Positions 9,635 through 19,789 of a DNA stretch of 64,000 nt are shown piece after piece. A model generated the notes under the pieces. It had not been told where the DNA came from. It worked only from the letters and a program-made list of their open reading frames with translations, and searched no databases. The translations under genes were made by a program, and so were the position numbers. Positions within the stretch are counted from its first letter, which is position 1, and every line of letters begins with the position of its first letter. The stretch is from Candidatus Nezhaarchaeales archaeon (GTDB lineage Archaea; Thermoproteota; Methanomethylicia; Nezhaarchaeales; WYZ-LMO8), in NCBI GenBank assembly GCA_038887515.1, contig JAWAKK010000001.1, positions 64,001 through 128,000 on the forward strand, read 5' to 3'.

Positions 9635-11497
9635 AAGCCTGATGCCCAGCCTTTCTAGCTCGCTAATAACAAAGTGTAGGCCTAAGCTCTCTAACTTGGA
9701 TTTAGTCGGTCTACCATTAGAGTCCCATCCTCTGAACCTATAATAGTTATCTAACAATCTAGAGTAGCCTTCTCTGTCGAGCTTTACTCCCTTAAATGGG
9801 CCTGAAGGTAGTCCCTCCTCGAACCACCTAGGTGGAGGATAGTCCCATGAACGGTCCATGAATGGATATTCTCTTAGCCAAATGCACCTCGTTAAGTTGT
9901 AGACCCTCTCAGCTACTAACAGTAGATCCGTGAATCGATAATTTATGCCAGTAACAGCTACATAAAGTCTTTCATAGTAATCTAAAGGTAACGAAAGCTC
10001 AACCCAAGGTAGTCTACAGCAAGTTAACATATCGAAGAGCGACCTAACGTGCTGTAGGTATATGACCCATTCGGCCTTGTCAGACGTATACAACGTTCTA
10101 CCAACTTTAATGTCGTAAGTTATAGCCCAAGCCCTATTATGATGAGCCCCTATATCACACGTACCGTAGGCTAGGGCCATGGCTGGAGCAGCCCTACTTT
10201 CATAAGCTGATATTTCAAGACCTTTGACATGCATGGCTATCTTAATAGCTTCTTTGCCAAGCTTTTCAGCTACTCTTTTAGTTCCTTGAGCTAGCAAATC
10301 TCCAATTTTTCTCCTATAAGCAATGTCCTCTACGAGTCTAAGTATTCCTTCAACATCACCATAGTCAGCATCGACCTCCTTCAGTAATCCTCTTCTCTTG
10401 CACTCGATAGCAAATGCAACTACGCTACCCGTCGATATGCTATCTAAGCCAAGCTCATCACAGACCCTATTTAGCTTGACTACTTCTTCTATATTATTGA
10501 GAGCACAGTTGCTGCCAATCATAGCTGCTGTTTCATACTCGGGCCCCTCTACTAATGTTCCCGCAAACTTTCCTTCCTTAACTTTAGATATTTGTCCACA
10601 AGGCATCGCACAACCAAAGCAACCATGATTTCCTATCTTAACTTTGCCTTCCATAACATCTCCACTTATCATATCGGCCCTTTCGTAGACTGCCTCACTC
10701 ATGTTTCTTGTTGGTAACGCTGAATTCTCGTTGCTCCATAGTATTAATTGCATGGTTCCCTGTCGAATCCAAGCTTTTTGAGCCTCGCTCCTAAAGCAAT
10801 ACTCGTACGCTTCTTGTGCGACCTCTATCATTGCATCGCAATCATAGATAGGTATATCCATGGAGCCTGAGGCGACAATAGCCTTAACTTTTTTGGACCC
10901 TAATACAGCACCAATACCTGTTCTACCGGCTTGCCTTCCAAAATCCGAAGTTATGCAGGCAAAGTATACTTTATTTTCTCCGGCAGGACCTATAGTTAAA
11001 CATGATAAGGAGCCTGCTTTAATGTCTCGTTTGATTACCTCTTCAGCTTCTATTGAACCCAAACCCCATAAATGCTTTGCCTTCTCAATACTTACTTCAC
11101 CATCAAAGATCTTTATGTAGACCGGATCCGGACTAGCTCCTTCTATGATAATAGCGTCGAAACCTGCTTGCTTAAGCTCTACACCAAACCTTCCACCTAC
11201 ATTACTATCTCCATAAGCTCCTGTCAATGGACTCTTAGAGCATAACGTAGTCTTGCCCGTTCCAGTAAAGTACACTCCAGTTAAAGGTCCCGTCGCTATT
11301 ACGACTTTGTTTTCTGGGGAGAATGGATCTACACCCCTTGGGACTTCGTCCCATATGATCTTGGCCCCCCAACCTCTTCCACCGATATAATTCATTATAA
11401 GCTCACGGCTCAGCTCTTGAACGCATATCTTCCTTCTTGTAAGGTCGATCCTGGCTATCCTATTCATGTAACCTCCTTTTAAAGTCATGTACTCCAC
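9629..11497 (-). CDS. aor: Tungsten-containing aldehyde:ferredoxin oxidoreductase family protein
   Basis: YIGGRG, KSPLTG, IGPAGEN, AGRTG.GAV.GSKK.KA, CFGCAMPC, EGPEYET, DELGLDSIS, YYRFRGWD..GRPT. Confidence 0.95.
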   Translation of the reverse strand: MEYMTLKGGYMNRIARIDLTRRKICVQELSRELIMNYIGGRGWGAKIIWDEVPRGVDPFSPENKVVIATGPLTGVYFTGTGKTTLCSKSPLTGAYGDSNVGGRFGVELKQAGFDAIIIEGASPDPVYIKIFDGEVSIEKAKHLWGLGSIEAEEVIKRDIKAGSLSCLTIGPAGENKVYFACITSDFGRQAGRTGIGAVLGSKKVKAIVASGSMDIPIYDCDAMIEVAQEAYEYCFRSEAQKAWIRQGTMQLILWSNENSALPTRNMSEAVYERADMISGDVMEGKVKIGNHGCFGCAMPCGQISKVKEGKFAGTLVEGPEYETAAMIGSNCALNNIEEVVKLNRVCDELGLDSISTGSVVAFAIECKRRGLLKEVDADYGDVEGILRLVEDIAYRRKIGDLLAQGTKRVAEKLGKEAIKIAMHVKGLEISAYESRAAPAMALAYGTCDIGAHHNRAWAITYDIKVGRTLYTSDKAEWVIYLQHVRSLFDMLTCCRLPWVELSLPLDYYERLYVAVTGINYRFTDLLLVAERVYNLTRCIWLREYPFMDRSWDYPPPRWFEEGLPSGPFKGVKLDREGYSRLLDNYYRFRGWDSNGRPTKSKLESLGLHFVISELERLGIRLS

Positions 11498-11509
11498 CCC
11501 TCTACTGCT

Positions 11510-11914
11510 TCAAACAACCTTAAGTGCCTTCATAGGACACATTTTAACGCATTGAGGTTCTCCGCCACAAAGATCGCAAATAAGGGGTCTTTTAACATCT
11601 TCGTGAAAGAATATTGCTTCATAAGTACATGCAAAAGCACAGGCTTTACATAACGTGCAAAGAGACTCGTCAACTTCAATCCAACGACCGTTGAACCTTA
11701 GAGCGCCCGAGGGACATACTCTAACGCAGGCTTTCTCCTCGCAAACCCTACAAACTCTAACTTGAGATCTGGCATCGCTGGAAGAAACTAGGAACCCTAC
11801 CCGTATCATGGACTTCTTTGGATTGTTAGCCTTGAAATGCCTTAAAGCGCAAGTAAGTTCGCATACACCGCATGCGGCACATTTTTCTTCGAGTACCTCG
11901 ATTCTCATATTCAA
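11510..11914 (-). CDS. 4Fe-4S ferredoxin-like subunit (four clusters) associated with AOR
   Basis: Four Cys groups (CAACGVC..C, CRVC...C...C, CTLCKAC...C, CDLC....C...C); immediately upstream of aor. Start is TTG 11914 or ATG 11908. Confidence 0.9.
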   Translation of the reverse strand: MNMRIEVLEEKCAACGVCELTCALRHFKANNPKKSMIRVGFLVSSSDARSQVRVCRVCEEKACVRVCPSGALRFNGRWIEVDESLCTLCKACAFACTYEAIFFHEDVKRPLICDLCGGEPQCVKMCPMKALKVV

Positions 11915-12023
11915 GAGCCTCTTGCTAGGAGATAAGAAAGTTCATTAAGCCAGCTTAAAGACTTTTCCCTAGGTCTCAGCGATATTGTTAAGAGTCAGCT
12001 CATCACTATCAAAGTGAAACTCT

Positions 12024-12326
12024 ATGAAGAACGAGAGAATAACGATAACGCCGGAACTTCTTGATTACCTTTCAGAACTAGCAAAGCTTAAGTTAACTGA
12101 TAAAGAGAAGGAAACCTTCTTGAGAGATCTAAATAGGATACTAGAATATTTCAGCATCATAGATGAAGTTGAAGTAGCGGATGTAGAACCTGCCTTTCAT
12201 GTGCTTGGCCTATCGAACGTCATGAGAGAAGACGAGGTTGGTGGAGACGCTTTGACGCAAGACGAGGCACTAGCGAACGCTAGCCATAAAGAAGAAGGTT
12301 ATATCAAAGCCCCTAGGATGGTGTGA
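12024..12326 (+). CDS. gatC: Asp/Glu-tRNA amidotransferase subunit C
   Basis: LAKL.L, NVMRED, GYIKAPR; first gene of gatCAB. Confidence 0.93.
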   Translation: MKNERITITPELLDYLSELAKLKLTDKEKETFLRDLNRILEYFSIIDEVEVADVEPAFHVLGLSNVMREDEVGGDALTQDEALANASHKEEGYIKAPRMV

Positions 12327-12329
12327 ACT

Positions 12330-13784
12330 ATGGTTAATGTTCTTCATTTGACGGCGAAACAGATAGCTGAACTAGTTTCTAATGGTTCAGTGAGCCCCAT
12401 CGACATTGTACAGACATATTTGGATAGAGCGAAGAAACTTAACCCCAAAATAAATGCTTTCATAACCATAGCCGAAGACTATGCGAAGAAAAGTGCAGAG
12501 GAACTTGAAAGGTCATTGAAAAAGGGCTTTAAAGGCAAGCTAACCGGGGTTCCTATAGCAGTAAAAGACGTCATATCGACAAAAAGTCTAGAGACCACAT
12601 GTGCCTCGAAGATTTTGAAAGGCTACGTCCCTCCCTACGATGCTACGGTTATAAGGAAGCTCAAGGCTGAAGGGGCGATAATAATTGGAAAGACGAATAT
12701 GGACGAGTTCGCTATGGGTTCTTCAACTGAGTTGAGCGCATACGGGCCCACGAGGAATCCATGGAACTTAGATAGAGTCGCTGGAGGATCGTCTGGTGGA
12801 AGTGGGGCATCAGTAGCAGCAAGAATGGTGCCCACCGCATTAGGGTCAGATACTGGAGGCTCAATAAGATGTCCAGCTGCTTTCTGTAACATAGTCGGTT
12901 TAAAGCCCACATACGGCACTATCAGTAGGTACGGCTTAATATCGTATGCTTGTAGCCTAGAGCAGATAGGTCCCATGACTATGAACGTAGAGGATTGCGC
13001 ACTATTGATGGAAGTTATTTCCGGTAGAGACTTCTTTGACTCAACTTTGATAGACTACAAGTTTCGGTGGGTGCCGCAAGAAGTAAGGGGTCTAAAGATA
13101 GCAGTACCCAAAGAATTCTTTGCCCATGGAACAGATGAAAGGGTTGCAGATAGAGTTTGGAACATAATAAAGCTATTGGAATCTCACGGAGCAACATATG
13201 ACGAAGTTTCCATTCCACTAGCCCGCTATGCACTTGCATGTTATTACATAATAGCAATGTCCGAGGCAAGTTCAAACTTGGCTCGATACGATGGTGTGAG
13301 ATATGGTGTGCCTTGTGATCTCACAATGCCTTGGTTCGACTCATTCTCAAAGGTTAGAGGTGAGTGTTTTGGAACCGAAGTCAAGCGAAGGATAATACTG
13401 GGTTGCTTCGCTCTATCGGCAGGCTACTATGGTAGGTATTACCTGAAGGCTTTAAAGCTTAGAGCCATGATAAGGGATCAAATACTCCTAATACTAAAGG
13501 ACTTCGACGTAATAGCAACGCCAACAACGCCTTTTCCGCCATTTAAAATAGGCGAGAGGATAGAAGATCCTCTAAGTCTTTATATGGCTGACGTTGATAC
13601 AGTCATAGCCAATTTGGCAGGCGTTCCTGCAATATCCGTTCCAGCGGGCTTCGTCGATGGACTTCCGGTCGGAGTACAATTTATGGCTAATTACTGTTGT
13701 GAAAACCTCTTACTGGATTTAGCTAGATGCATCCAAGATGAAACAAGATTTCACCTTAAGATCCCGGAGGAAGCGATCATATGA
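12330..13784 (+). CDS. gatA: Asp/Glu-tRNA amidotransferase subunit A
   Basis: Amidase signature GGSSGGS...GSDTGGSIR, GKTNMDEFAMGS, EASSNLARYDG. Confidence 0.97.
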   Translation: MVNVLHLTAKQIAELVSNGSVSPIDIVQTYLDRAKKLNPKINAFITIAEDYAKKSAEELERSLKKGFKGKLTGVPIAVKDVISTKSLETTCASKILKGYVPPYDATVIRKLKAEGAIIIGKTNMDEFAMGSSTELSAYGPTRNPWNLDRVAGGSSGGSGASVAARMVPTALGSDTGGSIRCPAAFCNIVGLKPTYGTISRYGLISYACSLEQIGPMTMNVEDCALLMEVISGRDFFDSTLIDYKFRWVPQEVRGLKIAVPKEFFAHGTDERVADRVWNIIKLLESHGATYDEVSIPLARYALACYYIIAMSEASSNLARYDGVRYGVPCDLTMPWFDSFSKVRGECFGTEVKRRIILGCFALSAGYYGRYYLKALKLRAMIRDQILLILKDFDVIATPTTPFPPFKIGERIEDPLSLYMADVDTVIANLAGVPAISVPAGFVDGLPVGVQFMANYCCENLLLDLARCIQDETRFHLKIPEEAII

Positions 13785-15229
13785 AAGAGTTCAAGGTGAA
13801 GATAGGACTAGAATGCCATTGCCAAATGACTAGCTTGAAGACTAAGCTCTTTTGTAGGTGTCAAGCCGACTATAGGGGAAAGTCGCCAAACAATAACGTC
13901 TGCCCCACATGTCTAGGACTTCCAGGCTCTCTTCCCTATCTAAATAAGAGGGCGGTCGAAGAGGCGATTAAGGTAGCGTTAGCATTAAACTGTAAGATAA
14001 ACAGAAAAATGATTTTTTACAGGAAGAACTACTTCTACCCTGATCTAAGTAAGAACTTTCAGATCTCTCAATACGATTATCCACTTGCGGTAGATGGACG
14101 GATAGCGATAAGTGTTAATGGTGTTGAGAAGAACATCAGGATAAGGCGCGTGCACATAGAAGAGGATCCTGGGAGACTTGTATATAAGGGGGGTATAGAA
14201 TCTTCACCCTACACCTTAGTCGACTACAATAGGATGGGAGTTGCTCTCCTCGAAATCGTAACCGAGCCAGACATAGAGACGCCGACCGAAGCTAAAATAT
14301 TCCTTCAAGAACTAAGATCCATATTGGAACATTTAGAAGTCTCTGATGGAAGTCTAGAGGGATCTATGAGATGCGATGCCAACATATCTCTTGATGGTGG
14401 CAGTAGGGTAGAGATAAAGAACATATCCTCATTTAAGGAGGTGGAGAAAGCTCTATCCTATGAGATAATAAGGCAGCGAAACTTGCTAAGAAGGGGGATG
14501 CAAGTAAGAAGAGAGACAAGGCACTGGGACGAGGTTAGGAAGATAACCGTCGCTCTTAGAGCGAAAGAAGAAGAGATGGATTACAGATACTTCCCAGAAC
14601 CGGATTTAGTACCAATAGAAATAACTGACGAAACTATAGAAAAAATTAAGGCATGTTTACCAGAACTACCAGCAAATAGGCGCCTCAGGTTAATTAAGCA
14701 ATATAATCTAAGAGATTATGAAGCACGAGTCTTAACTTCTGATAAACAGTTAGCGGACTTCTTTGAAAAATTGGTATCGCTCCATGGAAATCCTAAGGTG
14801 GATTGCAACCTTGTAATAAATGAGCTATTGAGGTTGTTAAACGAGAAAAACATAGAGGTCAGGGACCTCAAATTCACACCACTGGAAGTCGCAGAACTAT
14901 TGAAGATGGTTGATGATGGAACGATAAGCTGGAAGACCGCGAAGTACGTGTTGAGGAAGATGGTCGATACTGGTGAACATCCCAGAAAAATAGTCGAAGT
15001 TGAGGGTATGAAGAGGATAGCAAGCGTCGAGGAGATAGAGAAGTACGTAGACAAGGTCTTCAAACGTTGTGAAGGAGACGTAAAAGAAGCATTAAGAGAT
15101 CCCAAGGTTATACATAGACTTGTAGGTGAGGTGTTAAGAGAAACAAATATGCTTGCTGACCCTAAGATAACTTTTCAAGTGGTCTCGAAGCGAATTGAAA
15201 GACTAAAACAAGCTTCTCAAAAAGGCTAA
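13781..15229 (+). CDS. gatB: Asp/Glu-tRNA amidotransferase subunit B
   Basis: IGLE.H, RKNYFYPDL, HIEEDPG, DYNR.G..LLEIVTEPD, DYRYFPEPDL. Confidence 0.97.
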   Translation: MKEFKVKIGLECHCQMTSLKTKLFCRCQADYRGKSPNNNVCPTCLGLPGSLPYLNKRAVEEAIKVALALNCKINRKMIFYRKNYFYPDLSKNFQISQYDYPLAVDGRIAISVNGVEKNIRIRRVHIEEDPGRLVYKGGIESSPYTLVDYNRMGVALLEIVTEPDIETPTEAKIFLQELRSILEHLEVSDGSLEGSMRCDANISLDGGSRVEIKNISSFKEVEKALSYEIIRQRNLLRRGMQVRRETRHWDEVRKITVALRAKEEEMDYRYFPEPDLVPIEITDETIEKIKACLPELPANRRLRLIKQYNLRDYEARVLTSDKQLADFFEKLVSLHGNPKVDCNLVINELLRLLNEKNIEVRDLKFTPLEVAELLKMVDDGTISWKTAKYVLRKMVDTGEHPRKIVEVEGMKRIASVEEIEKYVDKVFKRCEGDVKEALRDPKVIHRLVGEVLRETNMLADPKITFQVVSKRIERLKQASQKG

Positions 15230-15404
15230 GAACCTAGTAGCGGGCTTTAAGAGAAGCTGTCATCGGGCGTATTTGTGTAAACCAATAATTATGTTATTAT
15301 GCTGTTAAACCTAAAGTATCTAAGGAGCAATATTTACTTCATGTCCTTAGTAAGTAAAGTTCATCACAACAGATTATTGGTTGTCGGATTTATTTCCGAT
15401 CCAG

Positions 15405-15461
15405 GGGCTCAGCATGGTAGCTCTAATCATCCTTCATCGCTTTTAACCTACATCATAGCCC
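15405..15461 (-). ncRNA. C/D-box methylation guide sRNA
   Basis: Minus strand: GGGC-T-ATGATGT(C)-aggttaaaagcg-ATGA(D')-agg-ATGATTA(C')-gagctaccatg-CTGA(D)-GCCC. 57 nt, two 11-12 nt guides, 4-bp terminal stem, in a 370-nt intergenic gap. Confidence 0.75.
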
Positions 15462-15599
15462 AGACGTAGCTGCCTACTACTATAAGCCCTTTAGGGATTG
15501 CTAAGCGTTTATGCCGAGTGCTACCTTCATAACACTGATGGTACCGTGATTAATTAAAGCTGTTAGCCAATCTCCGATATTGCGATACATAGGCTACGG

Positions 15600-16670
15600 T
15601 TACTTCATCCTTTCGACGACGAGTCTTGCCAGATCCCTTAATATGTCTCTTACGTCGGAGCTTATATCGGCTTCGTCAAGAACTGATGAACCTTTTCTTG
15701 CAAGGTTTAGTGCCAATTCCCGAGTGTAGTCGAGAGCTCCCGTCATCCTTATTACATCTTTTACTTCCTCTATATCCTCTCTGGATGCAAGATCATTACC
15801 AAGGGTTCTCTCCAATATCTTCCTCTGTCCAGGAGAAGCCCACTCCCATGCCTTAATGACCAAGAGTGTCCTCTTACCCTCTCTTATGTCTGAGCCTACG
15901 GGCTTGCCTACGACAGCCTCGTCTCCAAAGACCCCTAAGATATCATCTTGCAATTGAAATGCTATACCTACTGGAATGGCATAGTTAGAATAAACATTCA
16001 ATAATTCTTCATCCGCTCTCGCTAAGACCCCACCTATGCGCAATGGTCCGTCAATGGTGTATATTGCTGTTTTAAGCTTATGGACTTCCAAGACATCTTC
16101 CTCTTTGATGGCGTTTATGGGCTCTTTCTTCAAAGTAATATCAAGTATCTGCCCATAACCAGTCTTCTCTACGACGTCTTGCATTAATTCTATCGCCTTT
16201 AAAACAACGTCGTATTCAAAATTTGACTGTAAAATTGCTTGTACTGCATACGTAGCAGCAAGATCTCCAGCTATTATAGCCATGCTATAACCATAATGCG
16301 TAGAATCTTCATATCCATAAAGCTTTAAATGAATATCCGTAAATGTCTTCCAAACCGTGGGTCTGCCCCTTCTAATTTCGTCTCGATCCATCACGTCGTC
16401 GTGAATTAACAAATAGGAGTGAGCCAACTCGATAGCTATAGATGCTCTTACTATTCTGCTATCAACAACCCCCTTAGAACCTGCATAGCCCAATATCATT
16501 AGCGAAGGTCTAATTCTCTTGCCTCCACTTAACGTAAACCTAGCTATCTCTTCGACAACTCGCCGTCTCCTTTCGTCGCTAAGAGATTCAATTTTAGTCT
16601 TCAAGAAGTTTGCCAACTCTTCCTCTATTTGATGCCCATATCTTTCGATGAAGTCTTCAAAGGGTCTCAT
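15600..16670 (-). CDS. idsA: Geranylgeranyl diphosphate synthase (trans-prenyltransferase)
   Basis: GGKRIRP, LIHDDVMD...RRG, GQILD, KTA, FQLQDDILG, DIREGK. Confidence 0.93.
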   Translation of the reverse strand: MRPFEDFIERYGHQIEEELANFLKTKIESLSDERRRRVVEEIARFTLSGGKRIRPSLMILGYAGSKGVVDSRIVRASIAIELAHSYLLIHDDVMDRDEIRRGRPTVWKTFTDIHLKLYGYEDSTHYGYSMAIIAGDLAATYAVQAILQSNFEYDVVLKAIELMQDVVEKTGYGQILDITLKKEPINAIKEEDVLEVHKLKTAIYTIDGPLRIGGVLARADEELLNVYSNYAIPVGIAFQLQDDILGVFGDEAVVGKPVGSDIREGKRTLLVIKAWEWASPGQRKILERTLGNDLASREDIEEVKDVIRMTGALDYTRELALNLARKGSSVLDEADISSDVRDILRDLARLVVERMK

Positions 16671-16739
16671 GGTTAACTTTAATACTGAAAATTTTTAATT
16701 AAAGCTTTTCGAGGTTGTCATTGAGGCTCGATTAAGATC

Positions 16740-19577
16740 ATGGTTGAAAATGCCTTTGACCTATTAAGCGAGGAGATAAGGAGAGAGCTTATTAGCTTAG
16801 GCCTTACGAAGCCGACGGAGCCCCAACAGAGGGCCATCCCCCTAATTTTAAGTGGAAAGAACGTCCTCATAGTGTCTCCGACAGGAACTGGCAAGACGGA
16901 GGCAGCAGTTTTACCGATATTCGATTTGATGAAAGTGTTGAAGGAGAGACATGAAGCTCAGGGGATACTATGCATCTATGTAACACCTCTCAGAGCTCTC
17001 AATAGGGACTTATGGGGTAGATTATCGAAGCTAGCCGAGAGAATAGGACTAGTGATTGAGGTTAGACATGGAGACACGCCGCAACACACTAGGAGGAAAC
17101 AGGCTCAGCGGCCACCAGATATGTTGATAACTACTCCCGAGTCTCTGCAAGCGATACTCATAGGCAAAGTGATGAAGAGAAGTTTGTCGAACGTCAGATG
17201 GGTCATAATAGATGAAATACATGAGCTCGTGGTCGACAAGAGAGGGGTTCAATTGTCCCTAGCCCTTGAAAGGTTGAAGAAGATATCCAGCAGACAATTG
17301 CAAAGGATAGGGCTTTCAGCTACTGTTGGCTCGGTAGACTTAGTTGGGAAGTTTCTTGTCGGTAGTGATGGTGACGTCGACGTAGTTTACATCCCTACAT
17401 CTAGGGAGATGCAAATAACTGTAGATTCCATTTCTTGCGAAAATGGAGAGCTCGCCTCAAAACTTCAAGTACCTCCTCCTATAGCATCAGCAATAGCTAA
17501 AGTAGCAGATGAGATAAGTCGGCACGAGAGCGTTCTTGTATTTACAAACACAAGAGAGAGCGCCGAACTGCTTGCTTCACGCCTAACGCTAATAGCTGGC
17601 GACATTAAAGTCAAAGTACATCACGGCTCGCTCTCAAGAGAGGAGAGAATTCAAGCAGAGAACGACTTTAAAAGCGGTTTGGTTAAAGCCCTCGTATGCA
17701 CATCCTCTCTTGAACTTGGAATAGACATAGGCTCTGTCGACTTCATAGTCCAGTTTACATCGCCCAGACAATCGACGCCACTAGTGCAAAGAGTAGGACG
17801 CTCTGGTCATAGAGTGGGTGGTGTGGCAAGAGGTCTCGTAGTGTCCTATTCATCTGACGACATCATAGAATCTGCAGTCTTGGCTAGGAGAGCAATGAGT
17901 GGAGAACTTGAAGAGATAAAAGTTCATGAATGTGCATTTGATGTTTTGGCCCATCAAATAGTAGGTCTCGTAATTGATGAAGGCTCAGTAGACGTCGATG
18001 AAGCTCTTAGAATAGTTAGAGGTGCGTATCCCTATAAGGATCTAACTCGCGAAGCTTTCTTCGAGACTATAAAGTTCCTCTGCGATAGGGGGATCATAAA
18101 ACTCGCGGGTTCAAGACTTAAACGAGCCGGCAGACAAACCATAGAGTTTTACCTACAAAATTTATCAATGATACCTGATGTGAGGAAGTACGACGTAAGA
18201 GCCCTACCCGATAAGCATAGAGTTGGATCCCTCGACGAAGAGTTCGTAGCTACTAAGGCTGAAGGCTCGCCAAGTATAATCTTAGGAGGTAGGGTTTGGA
18301 GGATCGTTGGTGTCGAAGAGTTGACGGTTTATGTAGAGCCCTCCGACGACATCTTTGGAGCCATACCGGCCTGGGTTGGGGAACTCATACCAGTTCAAAT
18401 CGAAGTAGCTCTCGAAGTCGCTTCGATAAGAAGGAGGATCGAAGAACTGTATAACAAAGGATGCGATGTGAGAGAAGCCCTCAGGGGGTATCCTTTAAAT
18501 GATAGAGCCCTTGAGGCAGCATTAGAGGATGTTATAGAACATCTAGGGCGAGGATTACCGTTACCCCACGATAGAAGGATAGTTGTTGAAGGTCTTGGGA
18601 ATTACATCGTAATTCATGCATGCTTAGGATCTAAAGCCAATGAATTACTTGGCCTCATATTATCTTCGATGCTCTCTAGCTCTCTAGCTCTAACAGTCCG
18701 CTATAGAGCGGATCAGTATAGGGTCCTGATAATTTCGCCTCGAAGTATAAGAGCTAGCTTTGTAGCTAAAATGTTGAGCGAGCTTAGACCAGAGGACGTC
18801 GAGGTACTGGCCATAAACCTTATTCCGTCTTCTGACATATACCTTTGGAGACTATTTCACGTAGCAAAGCGTATGGGAGTTGTAGATAAGAACGCTGAAG
18901 TCAAAGCCTTTTCCAAAGCCTATAAGTTCTTACTCGGAACGATAGTCGATAGGGCTGCTAGAATGGAGGTTTTAATAGATAAACTTGACGTTGAGGGGCT
19001 TAAGCGAACATTAGAGCTAATTGCGAAAGGAAAAGTAGAAGTCGTTTGGTTTGAAAGTGAAGGGCAAGCATCGCCCATGGCTATGCCGATACTCAACAAG
19101 TATATTCCAATAGAAGCACATCTCCTTAAGGTCTCTGATAAGACTTTGGATGAAATGGTCTATGAAAGACTCATGGAGAGGACCGTGAAGCTAGTGTGTA
19201 TGTACTGTGGTGGTTGGACGACCGTAAGAAAAGTCAGGTATGTGCCTGACGACGTAAGATGCCCTAAATGTGGAGCCAGGTATATAGCTGTCACATGGCC
19301 AGGAGATAACAAAATCGAGAAGCTACTTAAAAAGATGTTTTCGGGTAAGCTCAATAAGCAGGAGATGGACGATGTTAGGAGATATAAGATGTCGGCAGGA
19401 TTAGTCTTGACCTACGGCAAGAAAGCAGTTATGGTTCTAGCTGCTAGAGGTGTCGGTCCCCACACAGCATCAAGAATACTCGCTAAAGATGCTAGGGGCG
19501 ATGGTACGCTATTTAAGGACATACTAGAAGCCGAGAAGACTTATATTAGGACTAGGATGTACTGGTCAGACGCTTAA
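16740..19577 (+). CDS. lhr: Lhr-family SF2 helicase with C-terminal Zn-finger/HhH-like extension
   Basis: PTGTGKT, PLRALN, TTPESL, DEIH, SAT, HHGSLS, TSSLELGIDIG, QRVGRSGH; C-terminal CMYC...CPKC. Confidence 0.93.
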   Translation: MVENAFDLLSEEIRRELISLGLTKPTEPQQRAIPLILSGKNVLIVSPTGTGKTEAAVLPIFDLMKVLKERHEAQGILCIYVTPLRALNRDLWGRLSKLAERIGLVIEVRHGDTPQHTRRKQAQRPPDMLITTPESLQAILIGKVMKRSLSNVRWVIIDEIHELVVDKRGVQLSLALERLKKISSRQLQRIGLSATVGSVDLVGKFLVGSDGDVDVVYIPTSREMQITVDSISCENGELASKLQVPPPIASAIAKVADEISRHESVLVFTNTRESAELLASRLTLIAGDIKVKVHHGSLSREERIQAENDFKSGLVKALVCTSSLELGIDIGSVDFIVQFTSPRQSTPLVQRVGRSGHRVGGVARGLVVSYSSDDIIESAVLARRAMSGELEEIKVHECAFDVLAHQIVGLVIDEGSVDVDEALRIVRGAYPYKDLTREAFFETIKFLCDRGIIKLAGSRLKRAGRQTIEFYLQNLSMIPDVRKYDVRALPDKHRVGSLDEEFVATKAEGSPSIILGGRVWRIVGVEELTVYVEPSDDIFGAIPAWVGELIPVQIEVALEVASIRRRIEELYNKGCDVREALRGYPLNDRALEAALEDVIEHLGRGLPLPHDRRIVVEGLGNYIVIHACLGSKANELLGLILSSMLSSSLALTVRYRADQYRVLIISPRSIRASFVAKMLSELRPEDVEVLAINLIPSSDIYLWRLFHVAKRMGVVDKNAEVKAFSKAYKFLLGTIVDRAARMEVLIDKLDVEGLKRTLELIAKGKVEVVWFESEGQASPMAMPILNKYIPIEAHLLKVSDKTLDEMVYERLMERTVKLVCMYCGGWTTVRKVRYVPDDVRCPKCGARYIAVTWPGDNKIEKLLKKMFSGKLNKQEMDDVRRYKMSAGLVLTYGKKAVMVLAARGVGPHTASRILAKDARGDGTLFKDILEAEKTYIRTRMYWSDA

Positions 19578-19696
19578 TTTGCATGACCAAATTTATCAAA
19601 GGGCTGCAAGGTCCCAGTATACCTTTAGATCTCGCCCCTTTTAAATAAACGAAGTAAAAAGTACAGCGAAGCTTTGAACTCCATGAAGTAACGTGA

Positions 19697-19725
19697 CTGA
19701 GAACATAAAAGCTGAGAACATAAAA
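19697..19725 (+). repeat. 14-bp tandem direct repeat CTGAGAACATAAAA x2
   Basis: Exact copies at 19697-19710 and 19712-19725, upstream of the HerA-like gene. Confidence 0.85.
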
Positions 19726-19789
19726 TTTAGGAGTATTTGTATGGTTAACTACAATAGATGCCCTAAACGTCATAGAGCTGGGAGATAAG

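Noticed and set aside
11976-12006. Minus-strand GTGATGA...CTGA (C and D box-like) upstream of the ferredoxin-aor operon
   Set aside because: Only 20 nt between the boxes, no C'/D' pair and no terminal stem. At most a K-loop, probably chance.
15310-15370. Second GTGATGA (minus strand) near the C/D sRNA
   Set aside because: No CTGA D box at a suitable distance and no terminal stem.
19697-19725. Direct repeat as a CRISPR remnant
   Set aside because: Only two 14-bp copies separated by 1 nt; no spacer and no cas genes.
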